This document shows positions 36,578-51,930 of a stretch of 64,000 nt of DNA, one piece after another. A program made the position numbers and the translations under genes. The notes under the pieces are model-generated. The model saw only the letters and a list, made by a program, of their open reading frames with translations, was not told the origin of the DNA and did no database searches. Positions within the stretch are counted from its first letter, which is position 1. Each line of letters opens with the position of its first letter. The DNA comes from Eledone cirrhosa (Eukaryota). The stretch is from the NCBI GenBank assembly GCA_964016885.1, contig OZ024740.1:140616001-140680000 (forward strand), read 5' to 3'.

Positions 36578-39500
36578 TCATCATCATCATCATCATCATC
36601 ATTTTACATCCGCTTTTCCCTGCTTGCAAGGGTGGGACGGGTCCTATTCAGCATCTCTCCACTTGTCACAATCCTTCGTCATCTCCTCTGTGAGCTTCGG
36701 TGATCTGAGGTCTGCTCTCACCACCTCCGCCCATGTTTTTCGTGGACTTCCTCTACTGCGTCTTCCTTCTACTGGAATTTCTTGGCACTTCTTTACCCAG
36801 CGGTCATCCTCCATGCACATCACATGTCCATACCATTGCAGTCTTATCTCTCACACTACAACTTATCCCTCTTATGCACAGTTTCTCTCTCAACTCATCT
36901 ATGCTTGGTTGTTCACACACATTGACATTGCACATCCAACGGAGCATGCTTGCTTCATTTCTCTCCAGCTGTCGCATATCCTCTGCAGTTGCTGTATGTC
37001 TCACTACCATGCAGTATCGCGCATTAGTCACGGAAACATGGGCACATTCCTTACTCTGTGATGGGGTTTTCAGCATTACTGGGTACAATCTTTTCCACAA
37101 GGACCGCATTAATCGCCGTGGTGGTGGTGCGATGGTCTACGTTTGTTCAAACTTTTCGGTAATTCCTTGCGTTGATTTGAACGAATCACAAGAAGTTTTT
37201 TTTTGTGACATACGTATGACCATGTCAACACTTCTGCTTGGTGTTGTTTATCGCCCCCCAAACTACCATCAGGACACACAGCTTTGCGATATCCTCACAG
37301 CTGCTGCCAGGAAAACAGCCACTTATGTGTTTATTGCAGGTGACTTCAATCGCCCTGAGATTGATTGGGAAACCTTTCGTTGGCCACAAAGTGCAATCGA
37401 TTTCCTTGAGCTAGTGCTGGACTCAAACTGGTCACAAGTAGACATCTCTCCAACAAGAGGTGACAACACTTTAACTTGATTTTCATCACTACTCCTGAGG
37501 TGGTTATCAGTTGTACTACTGAGGAACCTCTAGGCGACTCTGATCATGCTATGATCATTGCCAATCTGGTTCTTGCGGGCAGCAACAAAAACCAGAACCA
37601 TCTCCAATCTGCTTGCTTTGATTGTAAGAAAGCAGATTGAAACTTGTACTGCACTGAGCTACAGCGCCCAAACTGGCATGAGTTCTATAACTCTGGAGAT
37701 GTGAACACTATACTCCAGAGCATCCTGGACTCAATATGGATAGCGCGTGCAGCATCGGTGCCACGTAAGCAAAAAAAAAAATACCCCAAAAGTGCAATTT
37801 GGGAAACTTCAGCGGTCCGACTTGCCAGGAAAGAACGTCGGAACGCTGAACGGGAATATAAACTGCATAAATCAGATGCCAACAGAAAAAAGCGGAATAA
37901 ATCTTCCAACCATCCCAAGCAAGTGACAAAAAAGGCAGTGCTTGAATTTGAACAGTGCATAGCAACCAATCCTGACAGTAAGGTGTTCTGGAAATATTTA
38001 CATTCAAAGCAGAGACCTCACTCTCCAGTTGGTCCTCTTCGCAATCCCCACACAAGCCAGATCACTGACGATCCCAAAGAATGCACAGAACTCATTGCTG
38101 AGTGCTATGTTGAAAACCAGAATGTACCATCTCCACCATCTCTAACATCAAATTCCATAACAACTATGGAATTTACACCTGCAATGTTGCGACGTCACCT
38201 TAAGAATAAGCGCAACATGCCTCCCCTGGTCTTGATGGTGTTACATACCTGCTTCTCAAATGTGGCGGGTACTTCTTTTTGCACCAGCTTTCTTTCTTCT
38301 TTCAATACTGTCTCAACAATGGTGCTACTCCGGAGCAGTGGAAATCTGCCAGTGTCATTCCCCTGTTCAAAAAGGGCGACTGCACGTCACCTGTCAACTA
38401 TCGTCCAGTCAGTCTCACTAGCTGTATTGCCAAACTGATGGAATCCTGTGTCAGAGAAACACTTTGGAACTTCTGGAGCTCTCACAGCCTCATCCGGCCC
38501 TCGCAGTTTGGATTTATCCCTAACTCAAGCTGCTGTGATCAGCTTATCAAGTTCCTTGAAGACATTACCCGGATCACTGACAGCGGCTCATGGGTGGATG
38601 TTGTTTACCTTGACTTCGCTAAGGCTTTTAATTCTATGCCACACAAAAGACTATGGCAAAACTCTCTGCAATGGGTGTGAGGGATGATCTTTTTAACTGG
38701 TTGAAATCCTTCATTCTCAGCCGAAAAGAGGTAGTCACAGTTCTAGGACAGCATTCTTCACCATATGAGATGTCATCTGGTGTACCACAGGGATCTGTTC
38801 TTGGTCCCCTTTTGTTTGTGGCATATATTAATGACATAGATGCCAACTTAAAGAATGCCACAGTACTGAAATATGCAGATCACATCAAGTTGTACCTTGA
38901 AATCAAAAGGACTGATCCTGAAATCTACAACACTTTCCTACAATGAGACCTGGACACAATGCAGCAATGGATCATAGACTGGCAACTGAAGCTGGCTGTG
39001 GACAAGTGTACCACCATGCATTTTGGGAGGAAAAATCCAGCGTCCACATACTCCCTCCACAACACTGATATCAAGAAGTCCTCTTGTGAACGTGACCTGG
39101 GCATTACTGTCAGCAGCGATTTGCGTTGGACATAGCATGTCTCTAAGATTGTCAAGAAGGCCGAGGGTGTCTTGGCATCATTCAGCAAGACCTTTGTTAG
39201 CCGCTCTCCAACCATCTATTTAAATCTGTATACAGCTATGGTATGGCCACACTTGGAATTCACATCACCAGTCTGGAACCCCTATCTTGCTCAGAACATT
39301 GGCCTCCTGGAAACTGTTCAGAGACGTGCAACCAAGCGCATACCCTCCATCAGACACCTACCATACTCTGAACGCCTTGCTTCCCTGAGCATGAATTCAT
39401 TGAAGATCCGATGTCTGGCAATGGACTTGGTAAACACCCACAAAGTTATTAACCATCTCGCCAACAACAGCCCTGAGCACCTTTTTTGATCTCCATGTGT

Positions 39501-41215
39501 CTACACGTGGACATGCCTACAAAATCAGAAAACAGCACAGCTCCCATGACTTTTGGAAACATTTTTTCACGCTCAGAGTTGCTGAAACATGGAACAAACT
39601 GCCTGCGTCAGTTGTTAGCTGCCGAGACACTGCATCCTTTAAAACCCAAAATTCGCCAAAACTACACCTGATGTCCCCCTTCCATACACATGCACACATG
39701 TGTATATCATGACTCATGCACTGTTCATTTTCCTGACGTTTGTGCATTACCCTATGTACTATACATACACTTTTTAATGAGTTGTAGTGCACGTGAGCAC
39801 TGTACATAATATTTCATTATTATTATTTCACACAGGCATCATATAGCCGGCCTTTCGATCGTAGGGAGAAACCCTTCTTTGTGAACAGAAGAAGCAGCTT
39901 CCTAATCTTCTTCCAACCCATCCTTATTCTGGATATTATGGCCTTGGAGCACCCTCCTCCCATGCTAATCTGATCACCTAGGTACCGGAAGCTATCAACC
40001 ACTTCTATAGAACCCACCTGCATTTGAAAAATGTGTCTATCACTGCGACTTCTACTGTCAAATTTCCCTGTACATCTACTGCATACGTAATTTTACCTAC
40101 CTGTTAGTTTGCCTGCTATCCCACTACATCTCTTGTGTACCCAAGATCTGCATTGTGTACATTTTATAGAATTTATGCCAGTTCCCTTTCTACATATCAA
40201 ACATGGTCATTCCCCTGATGGAATCAGAGTTTTGTCCTCTTTCTACTTATCAACACTTTTGTCTTATCTAGGTTCACTCTCAGTCCTCTTGATTCCGACT
40301 GCTGTTTCCATAGTCAGAATTTATTCTCTAGCTCCTCTACTGATTCTGCTATAAGAACCAGATCGTCAGCATAGAGAAGTTCCCATGGGCAGCCAGTCCT
40401 GGCTTGGAGGACTATAATGAACAAGAGCGGGCTGAGGAACGAACCCTGATGTACTTGTATCTGGAATTCCTCACTAAACTCCATTCCTACTCTCACTTTA
40501 CTGACAGCACCCCTGTACATAGCTTGCACTGTCCTCACAAGCCATTTCTCTTCACCTAGTTTCCTTAGGGACCATCAGATGACAGATCAGGGTACCCTAT
40601 CAAAAGCCTTCTCTAGGTCAACAAAAGCTAAGTATAGTGGCTTATTCTTCTCTAAGAACCTCTCTTGTAGTTGTCTAACTAAGAAGAGGGCATCTGTTGT
40701 ACTTTTCCCAGGTACAAAACCAAACTGCATCTCATCTAATTTGACCCTTTCTCTAATTAATTGCACTAATCTGTCGGGTCTACTGGGGGTAATTTCTCTC
40801 TCTCCCATTCGTTCTCCACATTCATCAGTCTCTCATAATGACATTTCCAGGCCTCCTTTTTCTGATCGTTAGTGACACTAAGTACTCCAGGATCACTCCG
40901 GGCACACTTATCTCCAACAACATCCTGATTTACACTGACACACTGCCTTGCAATGCAGAACACAACACGTCTCTGATCTTCCTGTCGCAGAACATTGGCA
41001 AACCTCCTACTTTCAGCCTCCCTGCATGCTAAGTACACCTGATGCCTAGCTTCTCTCTTAGTGGCTGTGTATTAGTCTCTACTCCCACCATTTTTCCAAG
41101 CATTCCATGCTAGTCTTTTGTCTCTAATGGCTCTATCTACCATGCTGTTCCACCACCAGGTCACTCTCTGTCTGGTCGGAGCTCTGCTCCAGCCACAAGT
41201 TTCTTCAGTAATGGA
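36578..41215 (-). mobile_element. RTE LINE split by a CR1 insertion
   Basis: The 3' part (36578-37024) and the remainder (39827-41215) join seamlessly to give YDACVKCAILHGSET. Confidence 0.87.
37025..39826 (+). mobile_element. 5'-truncated CR1-clade LINE
   Basis: APE (VTETW, RGGG, YRPP, GDFN), RT (YRPVSLTS, YLDFAKAF, GVPQGSVLGP, YADH) and C-terminal RGHAYKI / WNKLP motifs; (ATT)n tail. Confidence 0.9.
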
Positions 41216-42653
41216 AGATAGATGTTAAACGATGATGATGATGATGATGATGATGTGATATATATATATATATGTGTGTGTGTGTTTATTTTACACACAT
41301 ATATATGTATGTAAAATAAACATGAGTCTTGCTTTCAATGTTTCAAGCTATCATCCTGTTATAGCTTTCTCAGTAGCCAGTGAGAATGTCAGACAAGTGT
41401 TTCTGGATTTTTATCTGTCATCAGTAATATTTACTCACTTGGTACTATGATAAGAATAAGCTAAAGCTTATATGCATTTTTATGTAAGATTGATTAGCAG
41501 TCTTACTAACATATATTGAGCCAATGTTTTATTTGCACTATATGCAGATGAGTATCGCCAGTCAGTTTACTATACAAATGGTTAATGTATGCCCCACCAT
41601 TCCAGCTGCTTTCAACATCTCAGTGACTATCCTGATGCCCCAGCTGCTTTGCCTGTCTTCACATTCTTGATTGCATCTACCTACCAGACTGATGCTAAGT
41701 TAGTTGGCATGTTCATCCCCTTCATCATGGCAACATTGATGATATTGGCTTCCTAGGTCTGAGATAAAGAAAGTTTCCACAGTTGTCCATCCATGATTAA
41801 AGAAAAGAGAAAGAGACTAGCCATGGTGCACTTGAAAAAGATCTTGAAACTTCTACAATGAATTAATATTCATTGTAGAAGGTTTCAATTTTACCATGAC
41901 CATGATTTCATTGGATGAAATATATATAGTTATAAGAGAGTCTAGAGGTTTAGAAGCAATTATGGTTAAAATATGTTGTTTGATTGGATAGGTGGCAATA
42001 ATAATTTAGACAATTCAGGAGACACAATACAGTAAAATGCCATTTGTAGTCATAAAAAAATCAAGAAACAGTCATGTATATGAAAAAACACAATCACAAA
42101 GCAAACACATACATACACATGATTATGAATGACATGATCTAACATTCTCATTTGCATGTGCACGCACGCACACCTTAAATGTTACACATATTTTGATTTT
42201 ATTTCATTCATAAATAAAGCAATATAACAATAACAATAAGAAGTGAATCCTATGTGTTAATGGTTTGCATCATTCAACCCTTGGCTACAATAGAACACAC
42301 CAGAAGGAATCTAAAATCAAGCGGTTGCGAAGTGCTTCCCTTCATCATACAGCTACACCTTCACCTATATTAGATAATATATTTTTGATATGTTATTTCT
42401 GTAATTTATTCGATTTGGGTATAAATGCAGTGATTCTCAACTCCACCACAGCATGTAGAGATTAGGATTTGTGTTTAGGGTTAGAGTCTAAGGGAAGTGT
42501 TAAATGGAGAAGATGGAATTGAATATACTAAATTTGTGATTTTTTTCTTTTATCCCAGGTAATGGCAGGTAGCCTTTTAGGGTGTGTGTGTGATAATGGT
42601 ATATATATATCAATATGATTATATATATGTGTGTGTATATATATATATATATA

Positions 42654-43027
42654 TCATCATCTTCGTTTAACGTCCATTTTCCACGCTAGCATGGGTTAGA
42701 CGGTAGTTGTCCCACTTCACGCAAGGCTGGTCAGGTGACCGTGTCTCGATCATATAGGACTATCTGGCAGGTTTTCTACGGCTGGATGCCCTTCCTAACA
42801 CCAACCACATTTACAGTGTGGAACTGGGAACTTTTTACCGTGTTACCTACACGGCCACATTACAGCGTGGACTGTGTGTGTTTTTTGTCGTGACACCTAC
42901 ACGATCTCGATCTCATTATCTTGTGCTGTTGGTGGGAGTGGGAGGATAGGGTAGGGGTAGTGGATTGGGGTGTATATTTGGTTAAGAGGTGCCTACTGAC
43001 TGTAGGTTTCGCTTTGTACATAGGCAA

Positions 43028-43058
<31 letters not shown>

Positions 43059-43300
43059 ATGTTGGTACCACAAAACATCCAGCCCACACTGTAAAGTGGT
43101 CGTGTAGGTGTCACAACAGAAAGCACCCAGCACACACTGTAAATATGGTTGGTACTAGGAAGGGCATCCAGCTGTAGAAAACCATCCAGAAACAGTCCTA
43201 TATGAGCGAGCCACGGTCACCTGACTCAACTTGCCTCTAAATGGGACAAACCCGTCAAACCCATGCTACCGCCGAAGATGGACGTTAAACGATGATGATA
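42654..43300. mobile_element. Two RTE 3'-UTR fragments in opposite orientation
   Basis: 42654-43025 (minus) and 43060-43300 (plus), each with the GGAAGGGCATCCAG core and an (ATC/GAT)n tail. Confidence 0.75.
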
Positions 43301-43378
43301 TATATATATATATATGTCATCATCATCATCCTCATCATTGTTTAACGCCTATCTTCCACGCTAGCATGGGTATATATA

Positions 43379-44192
43379 CAGGGTGCGGACGATATTTGTT
43401 CACAATTTTCAACTGCTAATTTTATGCAAATTTTTTTTACTTCCGTTGTCACTCTTGTTTTCATAAAAACAGTGGCTATATTTCCATTATTTATTTTCAG
43501 AATAATTGATTATGAATAATTTTGAACCTCCAAATTTGTGGAAGAGACACGGAGTTATTCTTGGAATCAGCACCAGGAGGAAAAATAAGACCAAAAGATC
43601 AACTCCCAGAACAACTGGTGGCTTGCTGTCTCATCCAAAGACGTGCCCAGAGTCATTCAGACAAAGTTTCCAGTAACAACATTGGTCTTAGGTGTCGTCA
43701 GCAGTCAAGGTGACGTCATGCCACCTCACTTCTACCCCGAGGGCCTCAAGCTGAACACCGATGGCTACATCCGTGTACTGGGCGAGGTAGTAAAGCCCTG
43801 GATCGACCAGGTAGGCCGAAGAGAACTTCGTCGACCACACCACACCTGACATCTGGCCTCCCAGCTCGCCTGACTGCAACCCCCTCGACTTCTTTGTGTG
43901 GGGCACAGTGAAACAAGACACCAACAGATCTAGCTGCAATACGAAAGACGGTCTGAAGGCCAGGATCACAAGTGCCTTTAGGGGCCTAAGTCAGGGGACA
44001 GTGACGAAGGCCTGTAGGCGGTTCCGAAGCCGCCTTGAGGCCGTCATCAAAGCCAATGGCAGGTTTATCAAGTGAGATCGAAAGAACAAGTTATGAAGAC
44101 AAACTGATCCAAGTTTGATAAATAAATCTTAAAAAATAAAACTACTGTGTTATTTTTTCCTAGACAGTAATCTTGCGAATAGTCTGCACCCT

Positions 44193-44193
<1 letters not shown>
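43379..44193 (+). mobile_element. Internally deleted Tc1/mariner (DD37D/maT-like) transposon
   Basis: TA-flanked imperfect TIRs CAGGGTGCGGAC / GTCTGCACCCTA. Transposase remnants VLGVVSSQGDVMPPHF and WPPSSPDCNPLDFFVW. Confidence 0.8.
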
Positions 44194-44240
<47 letters not shown>

Positions 44241-44243
<3 letters not shown>

Positions 44244-44787
44244 GTCGATAAAAATAGACGGTAGCCACGGAGTAGGCAGACCCAGAAAAACCTGGGACGA
44301 CTTGATAAATTCCGACCTCACACACCTACACCTCTCCAAGACAATGTCACTGGACCGAGATCTTTGGCGATACACAGTTATACAGAAGACCCGCCTTGCC
44401 TAAGTACAAAGCGAAACCTACAGTCAGTAGGCACCTCTAACAAATTACACCCCGGCCCCACTACCCCCACCTCATCCACACCACCCCTTCTAATGTAAAG
44501 TTATGTTGGTACCACAGCATCCAGTCTGAAACAAATGAGGGCGTGTAGGTGTCACAACAAAATAACACACAGTCCATGCTGTATTGTGGCCGTGTAGGTA
44601 ACACGGTAAAAACCTCCCAGTCCACACTGTAAACGTGGTTGGTGTTAGGAAGGGCATCCAGCCGTAGAAAACCCGCCAGACAGTCCTATACGAGCAAGAC
44701 AACCAATCTTGCCTCAAGTGGGAAAATTCCCGTCCAAACCCATGCTAGCGTGGAAAATGGACGTTAAACAATGATGATGATGATGAT
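44241..44787 (+). mobile_element. RTE LINE 3' end in (TA)n
   Basis: IKIDGSHGVGRPRKTW followed by the 3' UTR and (GAT)n, bounded by (TA)n on both sides. Confidence 0.88.
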
Positions 44788-44789
44788 AT

Positions 44790-44860
<71 letters not shown>

Positions 44861-44863
44861 CAT

Positions 44864-45157
44864 ATCATCATCATCATCATTTTACGTCCGTTTTTCCCTG
44901 CTTGTAAGGGTGGGACGGGAACTGATACTGGCTTGATTTCTACAGCTGGATGCCCTTCCTAACACCAACCTCATTTACAGTGAGTGTGAGGTGCTTTTTT
45001 TGCCGTGGCACCACCACGACCACTTTGCAGTGGAATGATATGGACCCCAGTCCCTATCATCTCATTTCTACAGGTGAGTAAACTGGAGCAATGTGAAATA
45101 AAGTGTCTTGCTCAAGGAAACAACACATCACCCGGTCTGAGAATTGAACTCACAACC
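44864..45157 (-). mobile_element. RTE-tailed SINE, head truncated
   Basis: Same sequence as 17311-17643 but lacking the A-box end. Confidence 0.85.
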
Positions 45158-46260
<1,103 letters not shown>

Positions 46261-46281
46261 TGGTGCGGACAATATTGTATG

Positions 46282-46612
46282 GAACATATGGCTTAGTGGT
46301 TAGAGCATTGGCCTTGCAATCGAAAGGTTGTAAGTTCAATTCTCAGACCAGGTGATGTGTTGTTTCCTTGAGCAAGACACTTTATTTCACATTGCTCCAG
46401 TTTACTCACCTGTAGAAATGAGGTGATAGGACTGGGGTCTCTATCATTCCACTTCAAAGTGGCCGTGGAGGTGCCACGGCAAAAAAACACCCACCACTCA
46501 CTGTAAATGAGGTTGGTGTTAGGAAGGGCATCCAGCTGTAGAAATCAAACCATAATCAGTTCCCGTCCCACCCTTGCAAGCAGGGAAAAAGCGGACGTAA
46601 AATGAAATGATG

Positions 46613-46613
<1 letters not shown>
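46282..46613 (+). mobile_element. RTE-tailed tRNA SINE
   Basis: Same family as 14878-15227, with A/B boxes and an RTE-like tail. Confidence 0.87.
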
Positions 46614-46643
<30 letters not shown>

Positions 46644-47209
46644 TTTCTTTCCAGTCTTCCAAATCCTGTATATATATATGTATATATATATATATATATA
46701 GAAGTATGCATACGTACATACATATATGTATACAGACGTACAGTAGTATGTATATATACATACATGCACACATATATTATAAAGCTCGGTATGTTTGTAA
46801 ACAAACATCCCGAATTAAGCCGTACAGTGTCTAGCAACCATCGTTGCTCGTTTGTTCAACACTGACAAAGGAACGCTGTACTAGTTTCAAGCTTATTAGC
46901 TATCGTCAGCAACGTATACCTTCCTGCCAGAAACGTCTGAAAGTATATACTTTCCTTATGCATATTACACCGACCATTATAATAAATGTTCGGTGAATCC
47001 ATACGTACATATATATATGTGTGCATATATGTATATATATATACATACTACTGTACATCTGTATACAAATATGTATGTACGTATACATACTTATATTTAA
47101 GTAACAGCCGTACTAAGAGTGAGAAATGAAATTTCGTTTCATTTTTTCTGTTTATATATATATAATTGAATACTGCTGGCTTTTTGCTACAATGTTTTCT
47201 ATACCTTTC

Positions 47210-47260
<51 letters not shown>

Positions 47261-47265
<5 letters not shown>

Positions 47266-48468
47266 GGCAGCGGTCCCTTCCGGGAAATGGCCATGCTCAG
47301 TGTGTAGGAAAGGCGTAGGTAGAAACTCCATTTTGTGTCAGAAATGCAAAGTATGGGTGCATAAAAGATGTAGTGGGATCACAGGTAAGCTAACTAAGAA
47401 CATAGATTTCACATGTGGCCGGTGCTCTGGTGCAATAAGTAGCAGCAAGTGCCCACAAAATACTAGCTCTTTCAACTGCGCAGAGGGCTCTATAGAAATA
47501 GTGGACAGCTTCCGTTACCTGGGTGACAAAATCAGCAGTGGGGGAGGGTGCTCTGAAAGTACAGTAGCTAGAGTCAGAACTGGATGGAAAAAGTTCAGAG
47601 AGCTTATACCACTATTAGCCGCTAAAGGGTTCTCCCTAAAAACGAAAGGCAGGTTGTATGATGCCTGCATACGAACAGCAATGTTGCATGGCAGTGAGAC
47701 CTGGGCATTGTGTGCAGAGGATATACGCAGACTAGAGAGGAACGAAGCTTGCATGCTCCGCTGGATGTGTAATAGTAATATATGTGAACGGCAAAGCATA
47801 AACGAACTAAGGAAAAAATTTGAAATAAGAGGGATCAGATGTTGTTTACTCAAGAGAAGGCTACGTTGGTATGGACACGTGATGCGCATGAAAGTCGATA
47901 GCTGTATAACAAAGTGCAGGGCAATAAAGATAGACGGTAGCCACGGAATAGGCAGACCTAGAAAAACCTGGGACGAGCTGATAAACTCCGACCTCACACA
48001 CTTACACCTCTCCAAGACAATGTCACTGGACCGAGACCTTTGGCGGTACTCAGTAATAGAGAAGACCCGCCTTACCTAAATACATAGTAAAACCTACTAC
48101 AGTCAGTAGGCATCTCTAACAAAATACACCCCGTCCCACCACCCCCACCCCATCCACACCGCCCCCTTCTATGTAAAGTTATGTTGGTGCCACACCATCC
48201 AGGCCGAAACAAATGAGATCGTGTAGGTGTCACGACAAAAAAAACACACAGTCCACGCTGTAATGTGGCCGTGTAGGCAACATGGTAAAAACCTCCCAGA
48301 CCCACACTGTAAATGTGGTTGGTGTTAGGAAGGGCATCCAACTGTAGAAAACCTGCCAGACAGTCCTATGTGAGCAAGACAATCACTCTTGCCTCAAGTG
48401 GGAAAACCCCCGTCCAAACCCATGCAAGCGTGGAACACGGACGTTAAACGTTGATGATGATGATGATG

Positions 48469-48471
<3 letters not shown>
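47261..48471 (+). mobile_element. 5'-truncated RTE LINE in (TA)n
   Basis: Uninterrupted C-terminal ORF to 48079, followed by the 3' UTR and (GAT)n; (TA)n on both sides. Confidence 0.92.
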
Positions 48472-48507
<36 letters not shown>

Positions 48508-50335
48508 GATTTGGAAAGACTGGAAAGAAATGAAGTGAGAATACTCTAATGGATGTGCAATAGTAGCGTACAAGTGAGACAACTGTGTTGGTGTGGTCAT
48601 GTAATGCATATGGAGGATGATAGCTGCATAAAAAGGTATAGGGTATTCAGTGCCAAAGTAAACTGTTCATACAAAAACATGGGATGATGTAGTGAAGGCT
48701 GACCTTATGAAGTTGGGCAGCATGGGATGATTTGTTGTACTACAAAAAAGCCATCCTCCCATGCAAGCAGGATGAGACCTGTGTCAACATTTAGGTTCCC
48801 TCTGTATTCCCCAACACTTTGGTCTAGCCACCCTCCACATGCTATCTAAATGAGTTGCTGCCAACACAAATACGAGCATCTTGACTCTGTCTGTACCCGC
48901 TAATCTTATGAGTATACTCATCAATCCACATACTGAGCTGCCACTCATCTTCCCTCCCTCAGATATGTGCTCCACCCTGCTCAGGCAGCCTCCATGTCCT
49001 TACACCTCCTTTCACTCTCTCCTTCCCTACCAGAGTGATAGCTCTGTTAGAAACAAGCAGCATTTAGCGTATCACACCTATCATAGTCTCACTCATCCCA
49101 TTTCCATCATTGCTCCTCTTCTTGGTTCAGGACGCAACAGTTTCTCTAGAGTTAGTGGCATACAGGAATGCACCAAGTGCACTCCTCCAGAGGGTTTTCT
49201 GGTGCCAAGATAAAATGCACTTAGTCTCCTCTGTAAAGTGGTAGTGCTGGTGCCACAGGAAAATGCACCCAACCAACACTTTAAAGTGGTAGTTCTGATG
49301 TTAATATAAAATGCACACAGTCCATGCAATATAGTGGTTGACGTTAGGAAGGGCATCCATGTCTAATATCAGAACGTGACTACTCATTCAAATCACGCCA
49401 GTGTGGAACACAGACGTAAAAGAGTGACGATGATGACACCCCCCCTCCCCCCCCCCCACACACACACCGAGGATATATATTAATATCCAAACAGATCTGT
49501 GATGATAGTTTCTTTGCTAATCGATCCTATGATGTGGGTTTTATACCTACTTATTAATACCCTATAAACCTCATGAATAATACACTTTTCTCTGCATCTC
49601 GTAAAAGAAAATTCTTTATTAGTCCGTTCTGAGTTCTCTCCCTTTGGAGTGTAATTTCTTTTCTGATTTTTTTTTTCTTATTCAAATTCTCTGTTTTAAT
49701 GTTTTGCATTCATTTCCTTTCATACTAGCAGCGTAGGTGAGATGGTTTTTGAAAAATGTTTGATATTTGCATAATGTTGGAGGAGTTATATGGAAATAGT
49801 TGATGGAAACCACAACAATGAAGAATAAATAATAAAATAAAATAATTCATAATTTCAGTTTTGAAAAGCATTAATTAAAAAAAAAAGGAAAAAAATTATT
49901 ATATATTTGAAATTCAAAATGAATCTGAATTTTCGATTTTATTATAATGACTTGTTAAAACCAAAATGTGGAATAATTATATTTATTTATTTGTTTAAAA
50001 TGATTTCCAGAACTCACTTTTGCTTAAATTTAAATAACAATTTAAATAAAATATATAATATTTGCATAATAAACAATCAGTTATTTTTATAGTCAGCAAT
50101 TCTTCTTACTATTTAACTACTAAACTACTAATATAAGTTAAGAGTAAAAAAAAAAACTGAGGATTACTTGGTAGCCTGTAAAATCTCTTCACAATTGGTT
50201 TAAGTGCACATGCAGAGATGGTGCCAACGTAAGGGCCAACTAGGCATAGACCACAGAAAGGCACATTAACGAACCTTAAATACAAATTTGTATAATTAAA
50301 CTAAATGTATAATAATTTTCTGCCATCAATAAATA

Positions 50336-50434
50336 CAGGGTGATCACAAAAACACTCCAATATTGTAAGAATATTCATTTAAAATTTCATATTACAAGTA
50401 TTTGAAATCAAGGAGTGTTTTTGTGGTCACCCTG
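50336..50434. mobile_element. 99-bp Tc1/mariner-type MITE
   Basis: 23-bp TIRs CAGGGTGATCACAAAAACACTCC / GGAGTGTTTTTGTGGTCACCCTG (1 mismatch) with a TA TSD. Confidence 0.85.
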
Positions 50435-50912
50435 TAAATCACTAAACATCTTTGCCACATAGCAGCATTATAGAAATATCCAAAGTGGTGGAGAGGTCAT
50501 AAAGTGTTATGATCAGTCACCTGATTTGGTATGTGTCAGTGTAGACTGTACAGTGGAAATTGCAGGCTTAATGTGACCAGAGCATGAAGTATCAAAAACT
50601 AGGTTTGTCAGCTTACCAAACTATAAGTTGAAATTATTTTATTTGTGAGAATGGGGCACTAAATACCATGTGCACATGTAGTCATAAGAAAATGCAAACA
50701 TCCTCTTGATCCTCTCAACTTTGTCCCAGCAGAACATCCAGGATTTGATTGGTGTCTGAAGAGAGTGAGAGAGAGAGAGAGAGAGAGATGGCCCAGCATT
50801 GGGCTGATACTTTCTTTAGTAACTCCAAAAGGATGAAACCCAAACTTTTACATTTTCTTACTTCATTTTCATTGAACTAGCTCTAATGCTTTTGTTTTTG
50901 CCATTCCTATAG

Positions 50913-51010
50913 GTGAACCAAATGAATATTTGGATTATTACATATTCCCTCTGTTAGTTCCTGCATTGACTGAAGCACTGAAACAAGCCAAAATAGAAAA
51001 CTGTTTTGTG
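50913..51010 (+). CDS. IQCK: IQCK coding exon 3 (98 nt)
   Basis: CCTATAG acceptor, (C)EPNEYLDYYIFPLLVPALTEALKQAKIENCFV, then GTATGT donor. Matches IQCK CSPKEYLETFIFPVLLPGMASLLHQAKKEKCFE, a Dpy-30/RIIa-like dimerization segment. Confidence 0.92.
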
Positions 51011-51854
51011 GTATGTTCTTTGCCTTTTTATATAATCATCATCATTTTTATGTTTCCTGACATGAGTTGGCTAGGCTGATACAGTACAAGTCAGTTCTCA
51101 TTTGGAATTACTGCTCTCCTGGATGAATTGGACAATCACATTTTGCTTATGTCTCATTTTGGGAATGGTTTCTACTGTTGGATGCCCTTCCTAAAGACAA
51201 AAACTTTACACTAATTAAGGGAAGATATTGGAAAGTAAATTAAATATATTGAATAATACTTTCAGTATCTTGGCAGAGTTGTTAGAACATCAGATAGAAT
51301 GCTCTCTGGTATTCATTCTGGTTCTCTGTTCTGAGTTCAAATCCCATCTATGTCAACTTTGTCTTTCATCCATTTGGGGTTCATAAATAAATTAGCAGTC
51401 TAGCACTCTGATTGATTTTTACACTATATCTCTTCCTTTCTCTGTCTTGCTCTCTTTTGTTGGTAGAAATCCATTATGTTTCATTGACAGGTCTAAATTA
51501 CTTAAGACAGTACTCCTATGATTTTTGATAACTTTGCTCTGTTTATTGACTAAAGAAGGAAGTACAAATAATATTTCTGTATTTTTTAATTATCTATATT
51601 TCTATTTTATAAGATGTTAATATTTATAATAAATATCTCTTATGAATAAATTTTCAAATTTAGGTACACAGTGCTTAAAAATAAAGTGCATTGTGAGTAA
51701 AAATGTTTTGAAAACACTGTCCTAGAAAGATAAAAAGCAGAAATAGCTCTAGTGGGAGTTGAACTTGAAGAAGGTACAATTAGATGTTGCAATATATGTA
51801 GCATACTGTTGTTATATTATAGCCATATCCAGTAAATTATTAATATCTTTTAAT

Positions 51855-51930
51855 GAGGCACGGGGCCAGCTTTGAGACATGGAGCCAAATTCGAGGCATA
51901 GTGCCAAGTTTGAGGAATGGGGCCAACTTT
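51855..51930. repeat. ~19-bp minisatellite, about 4 units
   Basis: GAGGCACGGGGCCAGCTTT / GAGACATGGAGCCAAATTC / GAGGCATAGTGCCAAGTTT / GAGGAATGGGGCCAACTTT. Confidence 0.7.

Noticed and set aside
42559-42568. Possible 10-nt IQCK microexon (TATCCCAG|GTAATGGCAG|GTAGCC)
   Set aside because: The length is not a multiple of 3, the donor is weak, and exons 2 and 3 already join to give the conserved NPKTC motif.
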